Assembly: GCF_006345805.1 (NCBI RefSeq)
Contig: NC_042998.1
Location: forward strand, 23,064,001-23,128,000
From: Octopus sinensis
Taxonomy: Eukaryota
Length of the DNA stretch: 64,000 nt
Reading direction: 5' to 3'
Below the pieces are notes generated by a model. That model was given only the letters and a program-made list of their open reading frames with translations, did no database searches and was not told the origin of the DNA. The position numbers and the translations under genes are program-made. Shown here one piece after another: positions 23,651 through 33,915 of the stretch (position 1 is its first letter; every line of letters begins with the position of its first letter).

Positions 23651-26600
23651 ATGATGGACTCTCTCGTCATTAGACAATATATGAGGGTTCGACAATTTCT
23701 TACTGAACAACCACACAGATAATTTGTTTATAGTGATCAAATGTCTGTGTAGACATAAGCTCACTTGCTCCATCAGATCAACATTACCTGAACAGGTGCC
23801 ACATGTCAATAATTATTACTCAAACATTTTCTCGCACCGTCTCTGATGAAGAGATATATAGAATATCCCAGAAACAGCTGTAAGACCTTTTCTTTATAAA
23901 TGTTCTGAAAACTATTCACAGCCTTGGATTTTTTATCTCATTCTGTCAATTTATATTTATATATATATATATATATCAGTTTGTATGCTGTACTTATAGA
24001 TAGTACATACTAATATATACAAGCTAGTAGGCTAGACCTGCTAACTTAGTAGCTAAACTTCCTGCTGTCTTTAAAAGTAGGTTCCTAGCAAATTTTAATT
24101 TAATAAAGATAGACTTGAAGAATGCTAAGAAATGTGTTCAATGTAGAGTGATGTACCTCACATTTTATATATTCCAGACATGACAAAGATATAACATGTT
24201 TGGTTGTATTGAGCTTACAAGCCATTCTGAGTTCCTCAGTGAACTGTCTCTATGGTACTGGACTAGAGATACTCAGTAAGAGCAGCATTACCAGGAGGCG
24301 CAATGGCCCAATGGTTAGGGCAGCGGACTCGTGGTTGGAGGATCGTGGTTTCGATTCCCAGACTGGGCGTTGTGTGTGTTTATTGAGCGAAAACACCTAA
24401 AGCTTCACGAGGCTCCGGCAGGGGGTGGTGGCGACCCCTGTTGTACTCATTTGCTCAAAATTTCAATCACTCTTTCTTCCTGATTCTTGTCCCCGACTTC
24501 CTACGCAACCGCTGAGCCTGGATGCGCATTCATCCATCCGTCGATGCTCTCGGTGTCTGTGGTTGACCTGCTTTCTTCTCTGCGGGTCTTACGAATAGCA
24601 AAGGACCACGTTTCGGACTTCTCCCAAGAGGACGAAGACCGCTACGCTCAACAACAACAATAGCAGCATTACCAATAACTGTGTTCTGTATGTTTTAAAG
24701 AAAAATAACTTGTTTTCAATCATAACCGGTTCAAATTTGTTTTTCATAGGTTCACATACAGGAGAAATTCTGTACTTCAAAGTTCCTCTGAAGGGAAAGA
24801 CAATCACTTATTCAGGAAAAATATCAGGTATGTATTCATTGAAACTATTGGATGCCATGTTTGAGTTGATAAAAAAGTGCCAGGCTTGTGCTTACTGATT
24901 AACCTTCTTCAAAACTAACCATTGAAGTAAGTAAGTTTGTTCTGTGTCTTGTAACCCCATACAAGTTGGGTGTATTGGAAGATGTTACATTTTAACTTCG
25001 CATGCAACTGTTTTAAAAAGCAAATATTTATCATTTCTTTCGTAAATCAGAGATTTGTAGAATTAGTACAACAGTAAATTGAAAACCAAATTGCTGAATA
25101 GTGGAGTAAGCATCACAGCTTAGTCACAATCATTTCATGTGATTGGTTGATTAACTGACTGATTGGCATTGGGCCATCATGATTCAACCTGTTAGACCCT
25201 TCTAATGAGGCTTATATAAAGACAAAATTTTGGCACTAACCTCAGAATGTCAAAGTTGTTGTGATGGTAATTCTGGATTCCAGTGCCGCTGGACTGACTC
25301 CTGTGCAGGTGGCATGTAAAAAACACCATTTGAGCGTGACTGTTGCCAGTACCGCCAGACTGGCCCTCGTGCTGGTGGCACATAAAAGCACCCACTACAC
25401 TCTCGGAGTAGTTGGCATTAGGAAGGGCATCCAGCTGTAGAAACTCTGCCAGATTAGATTAGAGCCTGGCGCAGCCATCTGGTTCGCCAGTCCTCAGTCA
25501 AATCGTTCAACCCATGCTAGCATGGAAAGCGGACGTTAAATGATGATGATGATGATTCTCCAGTTGTGCAGAATGAAGGTACAGATTCACCCTGAATTTG
25601 CTCGGTATTTCTCCAACTGTGATGGCCTAATCACAGACCTATACAGGCCAGCTATGTTGTAGCCATCAGAGTTTGTCTCTCTTAGTGTGTATATATTGTT
25701 GTTTGCATTCTTCATCCAAAGACCAACACAGAAAATACCAGGTGCAGTAAATAAAGTTGTTTGTGAGTGTTGTTTGTCATTTATATTCAACCACCATAGA
25801 CGAACACCTCACATGTGACAGTATTTTCCTTCAGCATGGTTTCTACAGCTGGATGCCCTTCCTAATGCCCACCAGTTACAGATTATACTGGGTGCTTTTT
25901 GGATGCATTTGTACACGTTGTTGGCACAGGTACCTTGTATGCGGCACCAGCATGGGTGCTTTTTTATGTTGCCCTGGCATAATATTTTGAAACATCTCAA
26001 TAATCATCGATCTTAAATAAACCTTGTATACGTCTTTACTAAAATAATCTCATCTGTTTTCAGAACACAAGGCTGGCATTTGTTGTTTGACTGCAGCAGA
26101 TAATCTTATGGCTAGTTGTGATATGGAGGGAAACATTTTCTTATGGAAGCTGTCGACTAATGATGTTTTTGTGCCTATGTTTAGAATCCCAGGTTACAGG
26201 TACGTAAATTATTGATTTCTATTAACTCGTTTCAAAGCTGATTTTCTAAGGTAAATACTAATATAACTGATTGAATCATCTTCCCAGTATATGATCCGTG
26301 GTATGATGTATTTTATTAATACTATCAATATGAAAGGACGAGTTGATAATCACAGGAGAATTTGTATTTGAAACTATGAGGTACTGGACAAGAGTGAAAA
26401 AAGACATCTACTCTAGGGTTTTACTGATTTAACCAGGTGTAAAATATTAGTTTCAAGTTTGGATGGAAGGTGTAATTTGCAGGGACTTTGGCTACTATAC
26501 CCAACAAGTTAAGTAACCATGTGGAGATCCTCTTGTTGGATTTTATGTTGGTTCAGAGATAATTATTGTAAGGGACATATACAGTCTATGGGATTGTCTC

Positions 26601-29600
26601 CAAACATTGAAAATGACAGGTGAGTTCAACCCGAGAAGGATTTAAACTCAGAAGAAAAGGTGATTAAAGTAAATATTACTAACACCATTAACTTGGTGCT
26701 ATGCTGTCTTGCTTCTTTCTGCTGCACTAAAATAGTGTGAAATATTTTGATCTCAGTTTAGAAGCAAAGAATACAGTAAATGAGCGAGTCAGGGGAGGTA
26801 AGGCTTGATGGACCACAATATGAATGTTATTTTCATTGATCTACTCATTACTAACTTTTGTTTGTTCCTTCTCGAGCCATGCCTGGCTCATAAGGGCCAG
26901 TTTCCCAGTTTTTTGGCGTATAGGTTCCCCACCTGGATGGGACGCTGGTCCATCGCAGGTGAGCTGCAAGATGCAGGACGAAAGAGTGAGAGAAAGTTGT
27001 GGCGAAAGAGTCAGCAGAAGTTTTGCCATTACCTTCTGCCAGAGCCGCATGGAGCTTAAGTGTTTCGCTCATAAACACACACATTGCCCGGTCTGAGATT
27101 CAAACCTGCAATCCTTCGACCGCGAGTCCGCTGCTCTAACCACTAGGCCATGTGCCTCCACATTGCTAACTTTTTGACTGCACCTCTGTATATGACCCTC
27201 ACAAGCCATTCATCTGCACTTCCTTATCAGCCGTTAGATTACAGAAGATAAAACCCTGACAAAGATGCTCCCCAGGTTTACAAGTACTAAGTACAGCAGC
27301 TTATTCCTGGCTAAGTACTTCTCTTGTACTAGAAGAATGGCACCTGTGGTATCCCCACCTGGCACGAAGCTAAACTGCATTTCATCCAGGCTAATTCTTT
27401 TCTTAATCAGTTACACTATAACTCTTTTAGTAACTTTCATAACCTGGCCTTTCAGTTTGATGCTGATGTAATCTCCTCTCTTTAGTGTACGCTCTTTGCC
27501 TTTGTAGCAGTTTATGGTGATAGTACTATGCCAGTCAGATACAGTAGAATGTAGTAGTAACAAATAATTAAGCTTAGACAACACTCAGTCATTGGCAACA
27601 GTGATGTCTGCATATGCACCACAGTCAGGAGACAGACGAGCAAAAGGACCATTTTTCTATGATGCTGTCTTGCAGACTGCTACTTCTAACAGATAACATA
27701 ATAATATAATAATGAAATTATTGTATACAGTGCTCAGGTGCACCACAACTTGTCAGAAAGTGCATATAAAGTACATGCAGTAATGTAGAAATGTACTTTA
27801 TTGACTTTATTATCATGGCTGGTGACTTTATTGGCAACACCATGATGGCTAATCTGATGTACTTGGAGGCTATTGTTATGGTACACAGAATGAAGTGGGA
27901 TCAAGGCTCTTGGAGTTTTGTGATGCAAAAGACTTGACCATTTGCAATATTAACTTAAGGAAAGTTAGATGGATATGCAAATTAGATAAATGTTTTACTC
28001 ACCAGGAATATGGAGTTTGTCAGATGGCTGTTAAAACTTAAGTCTTTCACTGGCAAATGCTCTACATAGACTGTACATCCTCAACTGGGGTCTGTATAAA
28101 TATTTGGTGGGGTCCACACAAGCATAATAGTAAATTGGGGTCATACTAATATTTTAAGGCTTCATGAAAAAATTTGGCTGTCATCATCATCATCGTTTAA
28201 CGTCCGTTTTCCATGCTAGCATGGGTTGGACGGTTCGACCAGGGTCTGGAAAGCCAGGAGGCTGCACCAGGCTCCAGTCTGATCTGGCAGTGTTTCTACT
28301 GCTGGATGCCCTTCCTAATGCCAACCACTCCGTGAGTGTAGTGGGTGCTTTTTATGTGCCACCGGCACAGGTACTAGGGGAGGCTGGAAGCGACTATGAT
28401 TGGTGCTTTTTACATACCATCGGCACAGAAGCCAGTCAAGGTGACGCTGGCATCGGCCATGTTGGGATGGTGCTTTTTACGTGCCACCGGCACAGGTATC
28501 GCAACTACAGTTTCCATTTGATTTTAATTTTGATGTTGATGTTGATGTACTTGACTCAATAGGTCTCCTCAAGCACAGCAGGTCACCTTATGATCCAAGG
28601 TAAGCACAGCAGGTCATTCTGCAATCCAAGGTACTTTGGATGGGCTGGGGCTGTGCAAATTGTGTTATATTCAATGGTTCTTAGAGAGCTGTCTTTAAAT
28701 ATTTGTCCTTGATAAAAATAAAGCCTCTTGTATTTTACTGTATTTCAGGAGTCCTTGTAGTACTATTGCAATATGGAATGAGTGCATAGTTGGCGGCTAT
28801 GGCTCGGGGCACCTGAGGGTTTTCTGTGCCAAAACTGGAGCACTTGCTGCTGAAGTAGCTGCTCATACTCGCTGGATCAATGCTGTTGACATTGCACCAA
28901 AAACTGGCTTGGTGAGTTGCTACACCTGTAGTTTTTAAAAATCTCTTTATGCATATATTCCCATTGAATTCTTACACTGTTTTCTATTTTGGTTAATAAT
29001 AATAATAATAATAATGAAATTATTGTATACAGTGCTCAGGTGCACCACAATTTGTCATAAGTGCGTATAAAGCATGTGCCTTAATGTACAAATGTCTGGA
29101 AAGTGAACAGTGTATGAGTCAGATACATGATTGCGTGTGTATGGAGGGGGAGAAAATCAGGTGGAGTGTTGGCGAATGTCAGGAAGTATGGAAGTTTTGA
29201 AAGATGCAGTGCTCCGACAACTAACAACTGATGCCAGCAGTTTGTTCCATGCTTCAGCAACTCTCAGCGTGAAAAAATGTTTCCGAAAATCATGGGAGCT
29301 GTGCTGTTTTCTGACTTTGTAAACATGTCCACGGGTGTTAGACAGGTGGAGTTTGAAAAGGTGCTCAGAGTTATTGTTGGTAAGATGGTTAATAATTTTA
29401 TTTAACAGTATTTTTTAGAACTGCTACATATTTTTTGGTTTCTTTAGTATTAAGTGGATGGGAGACAAAAGTCTTCCTGGAAAAATGTTTATTAGTATTA
29501 GTCTATTGTAGGTGAACTTTAAAAATTCTATATGCATATTTCATGTTTGTTTTTTTTTCTATTTATTCCCTATTAGTAAGTTGAATTAAGTGTTCCACAT

Positions 29601-32600
29601 GTAGACTCAAAAAACCAAAGTTCCTCTTATAGGCCTCTTCTTCTTCCCTACTTTTAATCCTTTCTCAGAGACAAAATTAATATATTTTTCTGAAGAAATT
29701 CATGATTTGATGCATAGATTAGCATTTAATTTTCATATTTCTTTGTCAAGCTAATAAAAAGATATCAATTTAATTAAGTCGAGTGATTTGATTTTGTAAT
29801 TTATTATAAGTGTATTTACAGTTTTAAAGTACAAACATCACCATGAAATGTAAACAAGAGTACTTTCATTTTCTACTCACAGATTGATAGCTTCGTCATT
29901 GTTTAATGTCCACCTTCCATGCTGTCATGGGTAAGATGGTTTGACAAGAGCCAGCCAGGTAGAAGCCTGCACCAGACTTCTGCTTGTAACTGTTTATTTC
30001 AGACATAATCCAGGACTCAGCTGGAATGACATAAATAAGCTAGAAGTTACCAATTTCACTGTTAGTAAAAAATAAAGGTACAGGCATTCCATCAATTACA
30101 ACGACGAGGGTTCCAGTTAATCCGATCAACAGAACAGCCTGCTTGTGAAATTAACATGCAAATGGCTGAGCGCTCCACAGACATGTGTACTCCTTAACGT
30201 AGTTCTTGGGGAGATTCAGCATGGCACAGAATGTGACGAGGCTGGCCGTTTGTATTACAAGTATAACCCATTTTCACCTGGTGAGTGGACTAGAGCTACA
30301 AGAAATAAGTGTCTTGCTCAAGGGTGCAATGCACCACCAGGAATTGAACTCTCAACCTTACGACCATTAGACAAATACCCCACTCACTAATCCATGTTCC
30401 TTCACATATTTCTCAGAATCTCCAAAAAGAGATGAAAATAGTTTCCATGGAGAGATTTAAAATATTTGTTTACATTTCATAGTGAAGGTTATAATTAAAA
30501 AATTGAAGGTAAGGTATACTGCTATGCAGAATTAACTAATTGATTTAGCATTGTTAGCTAATTAATTGATTGATAAATGAATTTAAATATGCATCTTCAG
30601 TTTAAATCTACTGTAGATATTTTGCAGTGTATTTGAGTGTATGCACCATTTCAATTACCTGTGGGAAGTACCATAAATCCTCAAGTAAAGTCTGCCCTTG
30701 AGTATAATACGCAGGGAATTTTTAGGGGGCTGTACTTCTGAAAAGCGTAAGCCTTCTGTATAATACGCACTTCTTCTCTAACTTGAAGACACACTTCCGC
30801 GCACGCGTAATACAATAATGGTGATGTTCTTAACTGTTATATGGGAATGTAAATATGTTTGCAAATTGTTTTTGTTACATGTTATTCTGTGTACTGAATA
30901 CTTTTATTTTAATAAATGTTGCTTACTGCAAGTTATGGATGATTCTTTTATGACTTCATTGCTTTTAGACTTAGCTTAATGTATTTTCGCGCCAACATCA
31001 CAAAATGTCTGAATAAACATTGCCGGACAGCAAATAGACACTCAGACATTGCTTAGAAAATATTTTTCACTTTTAACCTTGTATATAGTACGCACTAGGT
31101 ATTTTAACCTTTAAATTTTGGGAAAAAAGGATTATACTCGAAGATTTATGGTACTTAGTAAATGTTCTGAGAGTCTTATTTGCAATAAGAGTTGTCAGAG
31201 CCAAAGGTAGCAATTGACATATGAGAGAGTTTCTCCAATAATGCTGTTTGGGTCTCTTGCACAGTTCTACAACTTATTGAACACTTACTGAAATTAACTC
31301 CAACGTAAGAACTATTATGCATCTGGTCTTGCAGTGTGCACTGAAGATGCAGAGGAATATGCTCAGCTTTGGCTAAATCATCATCATCATCATTTAGCGT
31401 CCGCTTTCCATGCTAGCATGGGTTGGACGGTTCAACTGGGGTCTGGGAAGCCAGAAGGCTGCACCAGGCCCAGTCTGATCTGGCAATGTTTCTACGGCTG
31501 GATGCCCTTCCTAATGCCAACCACTCCATGAGTGTAGTGGGTGCTTTTTACTTGCCACCGGCACAGGTGCCAGACGGGGCTGGCAAACGGCCACGGTCGG
31601 ATGGTGCTTTTTACGTGCCACCTGCGCGGGGGCCAGGCGAGGCTCGCAACGGCCACGATCGGATGGTGCTTTTTACATGCCACCGGCACTGGTATCACAG
31701 CTACAATTCCCATTGATGTTGAATAAGTTTTAATAATATAAATATAATGTAATTATTGTATATAGTGCTCAGGTGCACCACAAAAAAATGATGAACAACC
31801 TTAATTGATTTTTGAACCTTATTGAGTTCTCATCAGAGGCGTCTACATCATTTTTGGTGAATGTGAATTGGACTTATTAAAAACTTACAATAAACTGATA
31901 AGAATCTATCTTTTATTTGTTTAATGCTATGAAATCAGATCTAATCCTTTCAGAACTCATTGGTGACTTATTTAGTTATTGCTGTTAAATTCATTTCATT
32001 AATTAGCTGACCATTTCTTTTTCAGGTATTATCTGCTGGAGAAGATTCATTTGTGAGGTTGTGGTATTTGAGTAAAGATCCATTCCCACAGGTAAATTCA
32101 ATAACTTTATTTATTTTATATATTTTTTTTTAAAGTTTGGTAAAATTTTAAATATTATTTTAGAATTTTAATTGTGTAAAAAGGAATTTCAAATATTAGT
32201 TTCATAGTTTTAACTGTAGTATTCTCTTTTATTTCTATCTTGTAAACTAGGATGGTTAGAAAAACATATTCTTCCATTTGACCAGCCTAACATTAAAAAA
32301 GATTCATTCATTTTTCATTAATAGTTTTATCATTGTTTAAAGTAGCAAAATGGCAGAATCATTAGTATGCCAGGTAAAATGCTTAGCAGCATTTCGTCTG
32401 CATTTATGTTTTGAGTTCAAATTCCGCCGAGGTCAACTTTGTTTTTCATCTTTTCAGAGATGATAAAATAAATACCAATTTGGTTTGTCGGGCGACATGC
32501 CATGCTTGAGGAGACCTATTGAGTCAAGTGAAATCAAAATCAAAATCAAATCAAATCACAATCAAATGGAAATTGTAGTGTGGCCAATGCCAGTGCTGCC

Positions 32601-33915
32601 TGACTGGCTCCCATGCTGGTTGCACGCAATAAGCACCATTCATGCATGGGTCGTTGCCAGTGTTGCCTGACTGGTTTCCCGTGCCAGTGGCACGTAAAAA
32701 GCCCCATCCGAACATGGTTGATACCAGCCTCCTCACCCCGACTGGCTGCTGTGCTGGTGGCATGTAAAAAGCACCATCCAAGCATGGCTTATGCCAGTAC
32801 CACCTGACTGGCTCCCATGACAGTGGCACGTAAAAGCACCCACACCCACTACACTCTCGGAGTGGTTGGTGTTAGGAAGGGCATCTAGCTGTAGAAACTC
32901 TGCCAGATCAGACTGGAGCCTGGTGCAGCCTCCTGGCTTGCCAGTCCCCAGTCAAACCATCCAACCCATGCCAACATGGAAAACAGGCATTAAACGATGA
33001 TGATGATGAACACTGGGGTTGATGTAATCAACGAGCTCCCTGCCAAGAAGTTGCTGGCTTTGTGTCAAAATTTGAAATCAGTATTTATATTATCATCTAA
33101 GTAAAATCGCTGTCTTCCTCACATACAGTCTTGTCCATTCAGGTCCCAGTGCCACATAAAAAGCACCCCTGCCAGTGCTCTGCAAACACACCTGGACTGG
33201 TGGCATGTATAAAGCCCCCAAAACACTTATTTCTTTATTGCCCACAAGGGGCTAAACGTAGAGGGGACAAACAAGGACATTAAGTCGATTACATCGACCC
33301 CAGTGCGTAACTGGTACTTAAATTTAGGTGGCACGCAATACTACAGTTAAAAATACTTAAAAAAAAGGCGGCGAGCTAGCAGAATCGTTAGCACGTCGGG
33401 CGAAATGCTGAGCGGTATTTTGTCTGCCACTACGTTCTGAGTTCAAATTCCGCCGAGGTCGACTTTGCCTTTCATCTTTTCGGGGTCGATTAAATAAGTA
33501 CTAGTTACGCACTGGGGTTGATATAATCGACTTAATCTATTTGTCTGTCATTGTTTGTCCTCTCTGTGTTTAGCCCCTTGTGAGTAGTAAAGAAATAGGT
33601 ACTTAAATTTATCGACCCCAAAAGGATAACAAAGTCGACCATGGCAGAATTTGAACTCGATTCTGCCGGCTCACTGCCATTATAATGATGATGATAATAA
33701 TAATAATAAAATCAACGATATTGATCTGATGGTATGAAGGAAAACAGTAAAGTTAATTTTTAAATTTATTTCAATAATTTCAGATTTCTGTTGCTGGAAG
33801 CCAGTACCATGTTGACAGTCAAATAGTTGGAAGTTGTTTCGTCCAAGATGAAGGGAAAGTCATAGCTTGTACAGCTTATGATAAAAACGAAATTCTGTTC
33901 CTAGTCTCTTCTTAG
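13084..33915 (+). CDS. WDR54: WD40-repeat protein 54, spliced gene, 9 coding exons, 332 aa
   Basis: Join 13084-13323, 19107-19172, 21545-21605, 23165-23221, 24750-24827, 26064-26199, 28749-28911, 32026-32091, 33784-33915 = 999 nt, all GT-AG, phases consistent. Motifs SASLLSNNL, RGIQFFE, RGIAAVG..FVCVGS, GGYGSGHLRVF, AHTRWINAVD, LSAGEDSFVRLW, TAYD align with human WDR54 as I recall it. Confidence 0.93.
13395..13570. repeat. Compound microsatellite (GAAT)n/(GTAT)n/(GT)n
   Basis: Direct reading, just after the WDR54 exon 1 donor. Confidence 0.9.
16750..17444. mobile_element. Three tandem piggyBac-like MITE units (~230 bp)
   Basis: Units bounded by TTAA-CCCTTT..TTAC / GTAAC..AAAGGG-TTAA, separated by CAAATGATTAAT. 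Confidence 0.8.
18610..19039. mobile_element. Two tandem units of the same piggyBac-like MITE, inserted at a TTAA of an older element (about 18400-19050)
   Basis: TTAA at 18610-18613 and 19036-19039. Host sequence GATATGGCCAGT|TTAA|ATGCTAAAG resembles the uninterrupted copy near 56960-56980. Single copies also at about 39413-39880 and 52210-52445. Confidence 0.8.
19107..19172 (+). CDS. WDR54: WDR54 exon 2 (AKWVTLGIQRTILVITAQRGIQ)
   Basis: tttcag| ... CAG|gtatgt; 66 nt. Confidence 0.92.
21545..21605 (+). CDS. WDR54: WDR54 exon 3 (FFEPDGTLLFWHNLTADESE)
   Basis: ttccag| ... T|gtaagt; 61 nt. Confidence 0.92.
21958..22039 (+). repeat. (GAT)n microsatellite, expanded tail of the tailed repeat
   Basis: Direct reading; source of the poly-Asp ORF 21880..22098. 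Confidence 0.9.
22415..22735 (-). mobile_element. 3' fragment of a Tc1/maT(DD37D)-like transposon
   Basis: TA + CAGGGTGTCCCAGAAA terminus at 22413; minus ORF MDFSIWSILETNV..LQAMIKLKGGHFE is a typical transposase C-terminus. Confidence 0.75.
23165..23221 (+). CDS. WDR54: WDR54 exon 4 (TSMYMRGIAAVGSNFVCV)
   Basis: ttctag| ... G|gtaagt; 57 nt. Confidence 0.92.
23433..23616 (+). mobile_element. Short (TA)n-flanked Penelope-like pLTR-type repeat carrying a hammerhead-like motif
   Basis: Bounded by (TA)n tracts on both sides; contains motif 23488-23525. Penelope affiliation inferred from the ribozyme. Confidence 0.5.
23488..23525 (+). ncRNA. Hammerhead-like motif with variant core (CUGUAGA)
   Basis: TCTTT-CTGTAGA-A-GAGC(GTAG)GCTC-GAAA-CG-TA-AAAGA. 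Stems I and II perfect, GUA cleavage triplet, A6 not conserved. Confidence 0.55.
23648..23955 (+). mobile_element. (TA)n-flanked Penelope-like repeat carrying a hammerhead
   Basis: Bounded by (TA)n tracts; contains motif 23839-23886. Confidence 0.55.
23839..23886 (+). ncRNA. Minimal type-I hammerhead ribozyme motif with intact core boxes
   Basis: GTCT-CTGATGA-[imperfect stem II]-GAAA-CAGCTG-TA-AGAC; palindromic ACAGCTGT stem III, GUA triplet. Confidence 0.72.
24294..24660 (+). mobile_element. tRNA-derived SINE with (CAA)n tail
   Basis: Head GGCGCAATGGCCCAATGGTTAGGGCAGCGGACTCG..GGTTTCGATTCCC (box A/B); a related head lies on minus near 27050-27160. Confidence 0.7.
24750..24827 (+). CDS. WDR54: WDR54 exon 5 (SHTGEILYFKVPLKGKTITYSGKIS)
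   Basis: ttcatag| ... G|gtatgt; 78 nt. Confidence 0.9.
26064..26199 (+). CDS. WDR54: WDR54 exon 6 (HKAGICCL...FRIPGY)
   Basis: ttttcag| ... AG|gtacgt; 136 nt. Confidence 0.92.
28749..28911 (+). CDS. WDR54: WDR54 exon 7 (SPCSTIAIWNE...APKTGL)
   Basis: tttcag| ... TTG|gtgagt; 163 nt. Confidence 0.93.
29000..29390 (-). mobile_element. CR1 LINE 3' end
   Basis: Minus peptide TRGHVYKVRKQHSSHDFRKHFFTLRVAEAWNKL; 3' UTR ends GTGGTGCACCTGAGCACTGTATACAATAATT(TCA)(TTA)n. Confidence 0.8.
30671..31151. mobile_element. TA-flanked MITE (Tc1/pogo-type), 481 bp
   Basis: TIRs CCATAAATC(C/T)TC(A/G)AGTA with TA at both ends. Confidence 0.7.
31799..31839 (-). ncRNA. Degenerate hammerhead motif
   Basis: Minus: CCT-CTGATGA-GAAC(8 nt)GTTC-AAAA-ATCAAT-TA-AGG. 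Two CpG-type changes would restore GAAA and the palindrome AATCGATT. Confidence 0.55.
32026..32091 (+). CDS. WDR54: WDR54 exon 8 (VLSAGEDSFVRLWYLSKDPFPQ)
   Basis: tttcag| ... CAG|gtaaat; 66 nt. Confidence 0.93.
33365..33598 (+). mobile_element. tRNA-related SINE family B (representative copy)
   Basis: AAGGCGGCGAGCTAGCAGAATCGTTAGC..GAGTTCAAATTCC..GGGGTCGAT..AAGTAC..GTAAAGAAATA. Other copies near 32340, 36835, 42428, 48435, 50385(-), 52715, 54460, 56080, 57595(-), 58920(-). Confidence 0.75.
33784..33915 (+). CDS. WDR54: WDR54 exon 9 (ISVAGSQYHVDSQIVG...FLVSS*)
   Basis: tttcag|, TAG at 33913-33915. Confidence 0.92.
   Translation: MSVAGSQYHVDSQIVGSCFVQDEGKVIACTAYDKNEILFLVSS

Noticed and set aside
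24294-24370. tRNA gene
   Set aside because: Continues directly into a SINE body and (CAA)n tail; no clean cloverleaf or terminator.
24700-24749. Upstream extension of WDR54 exon 5 (open frame NLFSIITGSNLFFI)
   Set aside because: The segment expected there (RGIAA..FVCVG) is encoded by the separate exon 23165-23221; this stretch is the polypyrimidine tract.
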